A stretch of 14,759 nt of DNA from Methanocellales archaeon (lineage in GTDB: Archaea; Halobacteriota; JAWCLZ01): NCBI GenBank assembly GCA_038850285.1, contig JAWCMA010000028.1, positions 1 to 14,759 on the forward strand. Direction: 5' to 3'. Below the pieces are notes generated by a model. That model made no database searches. It saw only the letters and a list, made by a program, of their open reading frames with translations, and was not told the DNA's origin. The position numbers and the translations under genes are program-made. Every line of letters starts with the position of its first letter. Positions within the stretch are counted from its first letter, which is position 1. Below, one piece after another: positions 7,449 through 14,759 of the stretch.

Positions 7449-8908
7449 GCCTGCCGCAGTCCTGGAGGAACATCCGCACGAGCTACAGACTCCTCGCGAG
7501 TGTATGCGACTGCGGAAGCAAGAGCTTCCCCCCTAAAGAGGTCTGCAAGGAATGCGGGAGAAATACGCATATAGTGCATAAATCGCTAGTTAAAAGCGGC
7601 AAACTTTATTCCTATACCCATCGCATTGAAAATGGAGAGCATATTTTCCCCTGCTATGTAGAAATCGATGGAATAATTCTACCAAGCAGATTAACCGATG
7701 TCGAACCTGAGGAAATCAAGATAGCCATGGAACTTGAGCCAACCTTTAGAATACTCGGCGAAACCAACGATGGAGTAATAGAATATGGCACGATATTCCG
7801 GCCTAAAACTGCACACAAGGAACTCGAATTATATATCCCGAAGAGAAACTCCGGTAGAGCAGGCATCATAGGCTATGGAGTGCATATACCGAGGTATCGC
7901 ATAACAATGGAAGAAGTGGCTAAATCCATGAAAGAAGATCCAACGCTGCTCAAGCAGAGTACCATGTTTTTGGAAAAAGCAGTGTTAAACTGGGATCAAG
8001 ATAGCACCACAATGGCAGTTGATGCAGCGAGGAATGCATTACTCTATGCTGGAATCAATGGCGAGGAAATAAATGCAATCTACTTCGGTAGCGAAAGCAA
8101 GCCCTACGCGGTAAAGGCAAGCGCGATAACCGTGGGAGAGGCAATTGGAGCCACTCCTAAGGTAAAGGCATATGATATTGAATCAGCTTGTAAAGCAGCT
8201 ACGAGTGCAATTCCAGATGCAATAGCGATTGTTGAAAATGAAAAATTCAAATTCAGAAATGCAATGATAATCGGCTCAGATAACTCTCAAGCTAGAGAGG
8301 GAGATGACCTAGATCCAACCTCTGGCACAGCAGCCGCTGCTTTTATCATTGGGAAAAAAGATGTGATAGCTCGACTCGAAGGCTACGCGCCCTATGCAAC
8401 TGATATCCCTGATTTCTGGAGGAGAGATGGAGAATCATTTCCAAAGCACGGAGGCCGCTTCACAGGCGAGCCAGCTTATTTCAAGCACATCATTGGAGCA
8501 TGCGAATTATTGTTCAGCGAACTTGGAATAGAAGGCAAAGATATAGACCACGCGGTCTTCCACATGCCCACGGGCAAGTTCCCATTTAAAGCTGCAAAGC
8601 GCCTTGGCATAGAGGAGGAAAAACTTAAATATGGATTCAACGCCCCCTATATAGGCAACTCCTACTCAGCATGCGGACTTGTTGGTTTAGCAAGTGTGCT
8701 TGACTACGCAGGTGACAATGAAACCATACTCCTAGCTCAATATGGCTCAGGAGCAGGGGCAGATGCCTTGCTATTTATCACCGAACAAGCAATTCTAGAG
8801 AAACGCCCCCGGGGAATAAAAGTTGAAACTCTGCTGAATGATAAAAAATATATAGACTTCCACACCTATAGAAAGCGCAAGATATCGCACTTCTATAAAG
8901 AATTTTAA
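7445..8908 (+). CDS. Fusion: N-terminal DUF35 (Zn-ribbon/OB-fold) plus archaeal hydroxymethylglutaryl-CoA synthase
   Basis: About the first 120 aa: WRNIRTSYRLLASVCDCG...FPPKEVCKECG...GKLYSYT...LTDVEPEEIKIAMELEPTFR...GVIEYGTIFRP (DUF35). Then GIIGYGVHIPRYRI, GSESKPYAVK, ESACKA, PDFWRRDG, GRFTGEPAYFKH, FHMPTGKFP, GNSYS, YGSGAG (HMGCS). TTGA overlap with the thiolase stop. Confidence 0.93.
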   Translation: MSLPQSWRNIRTSYRLLASVCDCGSKSFPPKEVCKECGRNTHIVHKSLVKSGKLYSYTHRIENGEHIFPCYVEIDGIILPSRLTDVEPEEIKIAMELEPTFRILGETNDGVIEYGTIFRPKTAHKELELYIPKRNSGRAGIIGYGVHIPRYRITMEEVAKSMKEDPTLLKQSTMFLEKAVLNWDQDSTTMAVDAARNALLYAGINGEEINAIYFGSESKPYAVKASAITVGEAIGATPKVKAYDIESACKAATSAIPDAIAIVENEKFKFRNAMIIGSDNSQAREGDDLDPTSGTAAAAFIIGKKDVIARLEGYAPYATDIPDFWRRDGESFPKHGGRFTGEPAYFKHIIGACELLFSELGIEGKDIDHAVFHMPTGKFPFKAAKRLGIEEEKLKYGFNAPYIGNSYSACGLVGLASVLDYAGDNETILLAQYGSGAGADALLFITEQAILEKRPRGIKVETLLNDKKYIDFHTYRKRKISHFYKEF

Positions 8909-8914
8909 TAAAAA

Positions 8915-9002
8915 TGCGGCTGCCGGGATTCGAACCCGGGCTAGAGGCTGTTTCCCTTTTCAAGCTGGGAAGCCCCTGTCCTAACCACTGGACCACAGCC
9001 GC
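8915..9002 (-). tRNA. tRNA-Gly(CCC) with 16-nt canonical intron (8950-8965)
   Basis: Minus strand: GCGGCTG TG GTCC AGTGGTTA GGAC A GGGGC TTCCCA [GCTTGAAAAGGGAAAC] A GCCTC TAGC CCGGG TTCGAAT CCCGG CAGCCGC A. The cloverleaf is complete, CCA is not encoded, and the intron forms a BHB motif. Confidence 0.96.
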
Positions 9003-9965
9003 TTAATTCTTTTTCCTCGTAGATAATGCAGCTATGAGGAATGCAATTCCACCTATAGCTGCTTCAAATCCAGGTATTTGAGTGGGAGTTGCAATTGGCG
9101 TTGGGGTAGGCCTAGCAGTTGGCGTGGACGTGGGCGTAGCCACGGGGGTGGGAATTGGTGTTTGAGTTGGCGTTGGGGTGGGTATAGGTGTTATCTCTAG
9201 TGTTGAGAGCCATTCTATGCAGTTGAGCCCGAAGTTAAGATTGTCTTTAACTGCTATATCATAATTTCTATAGACGTGGTAGCTACCTATGATCACCGCC
9301 TTGCCTTTTCCAAGGTGTGAAACTGCAATTAAAGGCGGAGCAGTGCCATAGGTTTTCTCTTCACCTGTGGTGTATGAATCCACAGCGCCTCTTGCCACAA
9401 CTTGCGCTGGTGGCTCAGTTGCTATTGAGCTGAATTGAGCTTGAAGTGCTTTAATATCTTTGAATATCGCGTGCTCGCTAAAAGTTGTAACCTCAATTAT
9501 ATAGCCATTGTGATAAATAGTGTTTTGATTTATTATAACTCCAAACTGCTGGGTTAGCTCTTTAAAAGCAGGATAGTTTATCCCTTGGCTGAATATAAGC
9601 AAGCCCCCTCCTGAGTTCACAAATTCTTTTATCAAGGGAGTATAGCTTGGATTGTAAAAAGCTGCATCGTGTATAACTAAAACTTGATATTGATTGAGCA
9701 GCTCAGCTGATATGAATCCCCCCTCCTCAACTTTATACCCAGCGTTTTTCAAAGCTTGGGCGAAAGTGCTTAAACCCTCTGATGCACTGAGTGAATTAAT
9801 CCCATTATCCCTCCCAGAGATAGTTAAGAAGAGCACTGATTTACTAGGAGCTGCAGCCGGTTGGAAGGAAATAATTAAAATCATTAGCGCAACTGCAATG
9901 CATTTATATCTAAATCTAAATCTTAATCTCAATTTTCCACCGTAGTATATTCGTATTATCTTCAT
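9003..9965 (-). CDS. PGF-CTERM-sorted surface (glyco)protein with GATase-like (DUF4350/GldG-like) domain and Pro/Thr linker
   Basis: Signal peptide ending QPAAA; LIKEFVNSGGGLLI, LGKGKAVIIG, DNLNFGLNCIEWL; PT repeat; C-terminal IPGFEAAIGGIAFLIAALSTRKKN (archaeosortase A signal). Confidence 0.88.
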   Translation of the reverse strand: MKIIRIYYGGKLRLRFRFRYKCIAVALMILIISFQPAAAPSKSVLFLTISGRDNGINSLSASEGLSTFAQALKNAGYKVEEGGFISAELLNQYQVLVIHDAAFYNPSYTPLIKEFVNSGGGLLIFSQGINYPAFKELTQQFGVIINQNTIYHNGYIIEVTTFSEHAIFKDIKALQAQFSSIATEPPAQVVARGAVDSYTTGEEKTYGTAPPLIAVSHLGKGKAVIIGSYHVYRNYDIAVKDNLNFGLNCIEWLSTLEITPIPTPTPTQTPIPTPVATPTSTPTARPTPTPIATPTQIPGFEAAIGGIAFLIAALSTRKKN

Positions 9966-10903
9966 ATATCTCTTTCTCCATTGAGCAGCGTTAGCGATCT
10001 AATCCACTCTCCTCGCGCTTCGCGCGTGCTTCCCACGATCATTCTCCTTCCATCGCTGAATTGCTCTATCTTCCCGCTTGCCTCAATGATTTCCCCAGGC
10101 AAAGCTTGACCCGCGTAAGTATGCGTGTAGGAAAGCACTTGTTTTACCTCTTCGTGTTCTAAATCATAGATCGCTGGTGAGTCAAATGCATAGTTTGCAT
10201 TTAAAACCCTTGCTTCTATTACATCGCGCCTCACCTCGATTCCCTTTCCAAGAGCAGGTTCTATTTCTTCCCAGTCTCGAACATATAACAAGTCGAAATA
10301 AGTGCCATCGATCACCCCTCTATTGCCTTTTCGCCGTTCGTGGACTAGAAATTCTTCATAGCTTAATTCAGGCTTTCGCTTTTCATAAATAGCACGCCAC
10401 ATCTCAGGGCTTACCTCGGCAATTATCCCGCTTTTTTTCGCCTCCATTAATATCTCTCTAGCTCTATACCAAGTCTTTCCATAGACTATGAAGTCAATAT
10501 CTGATTTCTCCCCTGCTAAGCCGCATAGCCTCGAGCCCGTTACTCCCATTTTCTCTTGAGGTATGCCTCTGCTTGTGAAGAAGTTGATGAGTTTAACCAC
10601 TTTTGGGTCTTTTATGAAGCGAAGTCCTATATCTGCGCGTAATATAAGCTTCACATCTGCAATTGGCACTATATGCACATCTTTAACATAATCTGGTTTA
10701 AATTTCTCTAGAAATGCATAGGCTTCCTGGAAATCGAGTTTTTTAAATCGCCTGCCCTCTTGATTCACTCTTTCTCCTTTTTCACTTGGTATGTAGCGAA
10801 GCAAGCAGCGCAGGTTCTCCCTCTCGAGGTGGTAATCCACAATTGAAAAGATCCAGTCATTTTTGGTTATGATTAAATCGCGGAGTCTAAATTTAAAGAG
10901 CAT
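9962..10903 (-). CDS. Archaeal predicted nucleotidyltransferase (pol-beta superfamily, COG1665-like)
   Basis: GVTGSRLCG...SDIDFIVYG NTase motif; LLRYIPS...GER; SYTHTYAGQALPGEIIEASG; VGSTREARGEWIRSLTL. Confidence 0.88.
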   Translation of the reverse strand: MLFKFRLRDLIITKNDWIFSIVDYHLERENLRCLLRYIPSEKGERVNQEGRRFKKLDFQEAYAFLEKFKPDYVKDVHIVPIADVKLILRADIGLRFIKDPKVVKLINFFTSRGIPQEKMGVTGSRLCGLAGEKSDIDFIVYGKTWYRAREILMEAKKSGIIAEVSPEMWRAIYEKRKPELSYEEFLVHERRKGNRGVIDGTYFDLLYVRDWEEIEPALGKGIEVRRDVIEARVLNANYAFDSPAIYDLEHEEVKQVLSYTHTYAGQALPGEIIEASGKIEQFSDGRRMIVGSTREARGEWIRSLTLLNGERDI

Positions 10904-11049
10904 CTAAGTAAAATATGATCATCGTTGAATATTAATTTTAACAAGAAAAGATGTGACTGATTTTGATGACATAGGAAAATATAAGATGGGAGGAAAATGA
11001 AAAATAGAATGCGAATGCGATAAACTTTTAGAATAGAGGTAGGTCTAAA

Positions 11050-11409
11050 ATGCAAAAAATTTTGAAGTACACCGTAATTTCAATTGTGGTATTATTCATA
11101 CTCACATTTGTAATTCAGCTTATAATTGGTCTTAGCTACCGCGGTTATCTTTATCCATACGGCTATGGCAATGCGCCTTATGGCATGAGTCCTTGGATGA
11201 TGGGTAGCGGGGGTGGATTTTCGTGGCTAGGTGGCGGGCTCTTCTTGATATTCTTAATAGTCATAATATTTGCATTGCTTGGCGAGAGTGGCATAACAAA
11301 ATCTTCAGAAAAGCCAGTAATTAGTGCCATTGAGCTTTTAAACAAGCGCTATGCAAGCGGAGAAATTACAAGAGAAGAATATCTTGAAAAAAAGAGAGAC
11401 CTAGAATAA
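11050..11409 (+). CDS. SHOCT-domain membrane protein
   Basis: Two TM segments with a Gly/Met/Tyr-rich loop; C-terminal AIELLNKRYASGEITREEYLEKKRDL; SD-like GAGGT/AGGT upstream. Confidence 0.88.
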   Translation: MQKILKYTVISIVVLFILTFVIQLIIGLSYRGYLYPYGYGNAPYGMSPWMMGSGGGFSWLGGGLFLIFLIVIIFALLGESGITKSSEKPVISAIELLNKRYASGEITREEYLEKKRDLE

Positions 11410-11459
11410 AACACTATCCTCATAGAAAAAATAAAAAGGTTAAGAGGCATTGATCCATT

Positions 11460-11790
11460 CTATTCTTCTATTTCTATCGGCACTGCTCTTGGCGGGAGGA
11501 TAACCCATTTCCAGGTTTTAAATGAACCAGTGCCATGCAATACTGCCCAGCCAGTTCCTGAAGCAAAGAGTTTGCCACTTTGCTTTTATGTAGACTGTCA
11601 TATCCTTGCCTTTTGCAACTGCTATTCCACTGCCTTCATATATCTTTATATATTCATTTATCTGCTTCACCGTGCCAGTGCCTCGTGTAGCAATCTTTAC
11701 ATCTTTTCCAATCACAATCATTTTCCCATTTCCCTCTAGCCAGAATCAACCTGTGCCGTGCAGAAGCGCTGTACCAGTGCCCTCAGAGGC
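11460..11790 (-). pseudogene. Remnant of a Gly-rich beta-strand repeat protein with an in-frame stop and a frameshift (5' boundary uncertain)
   Basis: Reconstructed: ASEGTGTALLHGTG*FWLEGNGKMIVIGKDVKIATRGTGTVKQINEYIKIYEGSGIAVAKGKDMTVYIKA / SGKLFASGTGWAVLHGTGSFKTWKWVILPPRAVPIEIEE*. TGA at 11746-11748, +1 shift near 11580, TAG at 11460-11462. The GTGxAxLHGTG motif occurs on both sides of the shift. Confidence 0.7.
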
Positions 11791-11878
11791 ACGGTAGCTA
11801 TGAAGCGACTCAAGGAACCAGAACCTCGAGAGAAAACCTGAGTGCAACCGATACATTGGTTAACCATGGAGGGGCTTC

Positions 11879-12156
11879 ATGAGCGAGTGGAAAATCTTCA
11901 TCGTGATTTTCCTGCCACTGGGCATGCTAGTACTCGGATGCGTGGGGGAGAAAAACCATCTACATCGACACCAACGCTAACTACTGCAACGCCTGTGCTG
12001 GGTGAACCTGTTTTAGACAGCGAGATCAGTGGCATAGATAACTATAGCATTGAGTTGGGAAAAAAAATGATCAGTGATACTACTGAGCTGGAAAATATAG
12101 ATTTAGGCTTAATAGATGAAACAACTTTTAACCTTTATTCCAGTGTTAGACGCTAG
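11879..12156 (+). pseudogene. Frameshifted small acidic lipoprotein
   Basis: SD GGAGGGG at 11868-11874 and ATG at 11879 give MSEWKIFIVIFLPLGMLVLGCVGEK (lipobox-like LGC). The Thr/Pro linker and acidic tail (KPSTSTPTLTTATP...DSEISGIDN...ELENIDLGLIDETTF) lie in the -1 frame; the switch falls at the G5/A5 runs, 11944-11955. Confidence 0.7.
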
Positions 12157-12260
12157 AACCTGAGTTTCTCCAGCATCCAACTCTTTTTTCTTTTACAAAT
12201 CTATTGTGAATTTTAAAAAAATATATTAGGAATCAAGAAATTTATTGAAAAGGTGAAGTT

Positions 12261-12659
12261 ATGCCTGAAGTTTTATTGATATGTAGAGATGGACTTGCTA
12301 GCTCGATTGCAAGCAGTTTGATATTCGCTATAGGTGCAAAGAGAGCTGGTGTGGATATCGGCGTGTTTTTCACTCAAGAAGCTCTTCAAGCCATAGCTGA
12401 GAACAAGTTTGAGCTACCAATGCTTTTAAAGGAGCATGTGGATAAAATAGCTAGGAATGCCAAGGGCATGGGACTTTTAACCGATCCCTCTGTGCTTTTG
12501 AAAAGCGCGAGCAATGCCGGCGTAGCATTACTTGCCTGTCCAATATGGGTAGGATTGTTGGAATTAAAAGGTAAATTGCCAACTCAAATGATGGAGATAG
12601 ATATACCCACAGCTCTTAAGACCATACTCGAGGCCAAAAAGATAATCGGATCCTTTTAA
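12261..12659 (+). CDS. DsrE/DsrF/DrsH-like family protein (sulfur-relay/peroxiredoxin-like)
   Basis: GVDIGVFFTQEAL and GVALLACPIWVGLL (conserved Cys position), about 130 aa; SD AAGGTGA upstream. Confidence 0.8.
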   Translation: MPEVLLICRDGLASSIASSLIFAIGAKRAGVDIGVFFTQEALQAIAENKFELPMLLKEHVDKIARNAKGMGLLTDPSVLLKSASNAGVALLACPIWVGLLELKGKLPTQMMEIDIPTALKTILEAKKIIGSF

Positions 12660-12695
12660 CTTTTTAAATTTTAAATTTTAATTTAAATTATATAA

Positions 12696-12917
12696 TTATT
12701 TAATATAATTTTTGACAATATATAGAATCAAAATTAACGCAGCTAGTAAGGGTACAATTTGAAAAAAATTAATATTAATATCCCAGGTTGGAAGGAGTTC
12801 TGCTGGACCTGTGGTTGGTGAAAACTTCAGGAGCAGTGGAAGAGAGATAATGATGAGTGTTAATATAAAGATTGCAAATACCGCTATAGCCAGCCAACTC
12901 CGCATCCTAAGCCCCAA
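12696..12917 (-). CDS. Small two-TM membrane protein (start TTG 12917 or ATG 12905)
   Basis: Two hydrophobic segments with a Pro-rich loop; TTTATATA box upstream on the minus strand at about 12938-12945. Confidence 0.6.
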   Translation of the reverse strand: MGLRMRSWLAIAVFAIFILTLIIISLPLLLKFSPTTGPAELLPTWDININFFQIVPLLAALILILYIVKNYIK

Positions 12918-13033
12918 TTTTTAATATCTAAATTCTTATATAAATAATTTTATGACACCATTTATCCATCCATTGCACTTTTTGTTTAATAATTCGACAA
13001 AATTATATCTATTTCGTTGCAAATTTATCTTTA

Positions 13034-13156
13034 ATGCGCGAGAAAGAACCCATCGATGAAGTTGAACTCCGATTTAAACTTGTGATAATAAATATTCTTT
13101 TAATAATGCTGCTTTTGATATCTGTGATCATCATATATTACTTCATGCATAGATGA
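13034..13156 (+). CDS. 40-aa single-TM microprotein
   Basis: Below the ORF-track cutoff: MREKEPIDEVELRFKLVIINILLIMLLLISVIIIYYFMHR. AATTATAT box at 13001-13008, about 25 nt upstream (leaderless geometry). Confidence 0.5.
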   Translation: MREKEPIDEVELRFKLVIINILLIMLLLISVIIIYYFMHR

Positions 13157-13292
13157 AATCTTTTCTGCAGCTAAAAACGCGCCTCGCCTTGGAGCTCAAA
13201 GCATAAGCCAGCTAGAATCCAGTGCTCAGGAGCCATATCTTGGACTTTGAATGATGCAGTTGCTTCAATTTAGTTTGAAATAGTTAAAAAGG

Positions 13293-13317
13293 ATAAAGAA
13301 TAAAGAATAAAGAATAA
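13293..13317 (+). repeat. Short tandem repeat (ATAAAGA)x3.5
   Basis: ATAAAGA ATAAAGA ATAAAGA ATAA. Confidence 0.75.
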
Positions 13318-13411
13318 CTCACGATAGCAATCAAGCTATAAATTCAAAACTTAATCTACTATCAATAAAAAAGCTATGCATTGCTATAGTAAGAGGATAG
13401 GAGGATAGAAA

Positions 13412-13819
13412 ATTGCTAATATACCAGTACCTGCGGCTTCAGCATTGATTAAAAAGGGCAGCGAGATACTGCTAATTCAAAGAAGATACCCCCCGAGCCA
13501 GGGAAAATGGGCTCTCCCTGGTGGAATCGTGGAGCAGTGGGAGAGCACTGAGCAAGCAGCTGTAAGAGAAATTAAAGAAGAACTGGGTATAGAGATAGAA
13601 ATCAAAAGATTGATAGGAATTTACAATGCAGTTGCTCGAGATAGAAATCTAGAATATAACTATGACATCCATTGCTATGAAGCAAATTATAAAAATGGAG
13701 AGTTAAAACCAAGTTCTGAAATTCTAGACTATAAATGGGTTAAATCTAGAGAAGATATAGTTGATTTAACGCTAACCAGCACTGCGAGGAAAGCACTGGA
13801 AGACGCAGGCTTTTTATAG
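13412..13819 (+). CDS. Nudix hydrolase (ADP-ribose pyrophosphatase/MutT-like); start possibly ATT 13412 (the ORF track uses TTG 13445)
   Basis: Nudix box GGIVEQWESTEQAAVREIKEELG; in-frame upstream extension IANIPVPAASAL; SD GGAGGA at 13400-13405. Confidence 0.9.
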   Translation: MANIPVPAASALIKKGSEILLIQRRYPPSQGKWALPGGIVEQWESTEQAAVREIKEELGIEIEIKRLIGIYNAVARDRNLEYNYDIHCYEANYKNGELKPSSEILDYKWVKSREDIVDLTLTSTARKALEDAGFL

Positions 13820-13829
13820 CCATTGCATT

Positions 13830-14759
13830 TTAAGGCCCAATGTGGCCATATTCCGTCTGGCAGATTACGCAGCGTAGCCCAGCGCTCTCCAAAGTTTTCT
13901 TTACCCTTTTCATCTCAAGATAGCTGGGTTTTTTAATATCCATTCTTCTAAATTCAGGGCGGTAGTCAAGGGCTACTACTTGCACTTCTGGGTCTAAACT
14001 TGCAATCTTAACCCCAATTTTATATACTTCCTCTAGAGATATGAATGCTGAATTATAGGGAATTCCAACTCCAGTGAAAACCTTCTCTCTATGGCTATCC
14101 AACATATACCTCAGCGCCTGCCACTCGGTTTCAAGCATTTTCCTCGCAAGAGGGGTATTTTTTATAGCGGTAATGTTAGAAAAAGTCTCCAGCTCTATTC
14201 CCTTGACATCTATTCCTATATCTGTCATCCCTGCTTCCACAAGTTCATCTAGATAGTCAGGAGTTAAAACCACAGCATTGGTATCCACATGTATCCTTGC
14301 TCTAGCATCTGAATTAAGCCGCTTAAGCTCTTTGATGTATTCCACAAGCCAACTGCGATTTAAAGTGCACTCCCCCCCTGAAATTGCCATTCTATCCACA
14401 AGGTAATCAAAGCGCGATTGCGTCATAACTCTAGCTGCTTGAGCTGGAGTGAGAGGCTCATACTTCGAGGAATAGGTTACCTCCCAGTTTTGACAGGTTG
14501 GACAGCGCAAGATACAGCCATGTGCAAAGCAAGCAACTTCCACTGCGTAGCCAGTCTTGCTCTTCACATAATAAGGAGTGCCCACTCCTCCCACAGCATG
14601 ACCTTGGAAGCCACTTATGACTCTCAATGGAACTTGCTTATTAATTTGATTTCTATCTGTTATTATCTCCATTCCCTCTTCAATAGCTGTAATGCAGCTT
14701 GGCTTAAGCTTGCCATTCACAAGCACTGCGCAGCTCCAGCATCCCCCTGTTTTACAGGG
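13830..14759 (-). CDS. Radical SAM protein (PFL-activating enzyme-like) with N-terminal 2Fe-2S ferredoxin-like domain; 5' end outside the window
   Basis: The frame is open to the edge: PCKTGGCWSCAVLVNGKLKPSC (2Fe-2S motif); GCILRCPTCQNW (CxxxCxxC), ISGGECT, HVDTN, LDYRPEF. Confidence 0.92.
   Translation of the reverse strand, partial: PCKTGGCWSCAVLVNGKLKPSCITAIEEGMEIITDRNQINKQVPLRVISGFQGHAVGGVGTPYYVKSKTGYAVEVACFAHGCILRCPTCQNWEVTYSSKYEPLTPAQAARVMTQSRFDYLVDRMAISGGECTLNRSWLVEYIKELKRLNSDARARIHVDTNAVVLTPDYLDELVEAGMTDIGIDVKGIELETFSNITAIKNTPLARKMLETEWQALRYMLDSHREKVFTGVGIPYNSAFISLEEVYKIGVKIASLDPEVQVVALDYRPEFRRMDIKKPSYLEMKRVKKTLESAGLRCVICQTEYGHIGP

Noticed and set aside
8778-8996. 72-aa minus-strand ORF
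   Set aside because: Overlaps the tRNA-Gly and the antisense of HMGCS.
8915-9002. tRNA as an integration site for a mobile element
   Set aside because: No integrase and no duplicated tRNA fragment seen in the window.
9075-9195. Repetitive GT-rich DNA
   Set aside because: It encodes the Pro/Thr linker of the PGF-CTERM protein; not a CRISPR array or independent repeat.
11746-11748. In-frame TGA as possible selenocysteine
   Set aside because: Not a Cys/redox context; it aligns with Ser in the internal repeat, and the gene is also frameshifted.
13157-13399. Unassigned intergenic stretch with a short minus-strand frame (MAPEHWILAGLCFELQGEARF) and a 7-bp tandem repeat
   Set aside because: No SD, recognisable motif or convincing RNA structure; cannot be supported as a gene.
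2066-14256. Remaining short track ORFs (2066, 3897, 4498, 5571, 6311, 7105, 7340, 7654, 9694, 10177, 10873, 11530, 11606, 14074)
   Set aside because: Nearly all are antisense to well-supported genes or the pseudogene (10873 is mostly intergenic), and none has recognisable motifs.

Overview
Archaeal chromosomal window (AT-rich; PGF-CTERM protein, BHB-intron tRNA and GGAGGTGA ribosome-binding sites suggest a Halobacteriota/Methanomicrobia-like euryarchaeon, exact lineage uncertain). Left to right: partial PUA/PAPS-reductase-family gene (-); an unannotated 43-aa signal-peptide-like ORF ending YGTFRGP (+), convergent with a 678-aa protein carrying a C-terminal caspase-like CHAT His-Cys dyad (-); the rnhB-aIF1A-rio1-KH(Dim2/Pno1) operon; thiolase plus a DUF35-HMG-CoA synthase fusion; an intron-containing tRNA-Gly(CCC) directly abutting a PGF-CTERM surface-protein gene and a nucleotidyltransferase gene; a SHOCT protein; two decayed genes; a DsrE-like protein; small membrane proteins; a Nudix hydrolase; and a partial 2Fe-2S/radical SAM gene. 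The best candidate for a new system is the small peptide plus CHAT protease pair, a possible archaeal peptide-signalling or peptide-activated protease module (inference). No CRISPR array or mobile element was seen.
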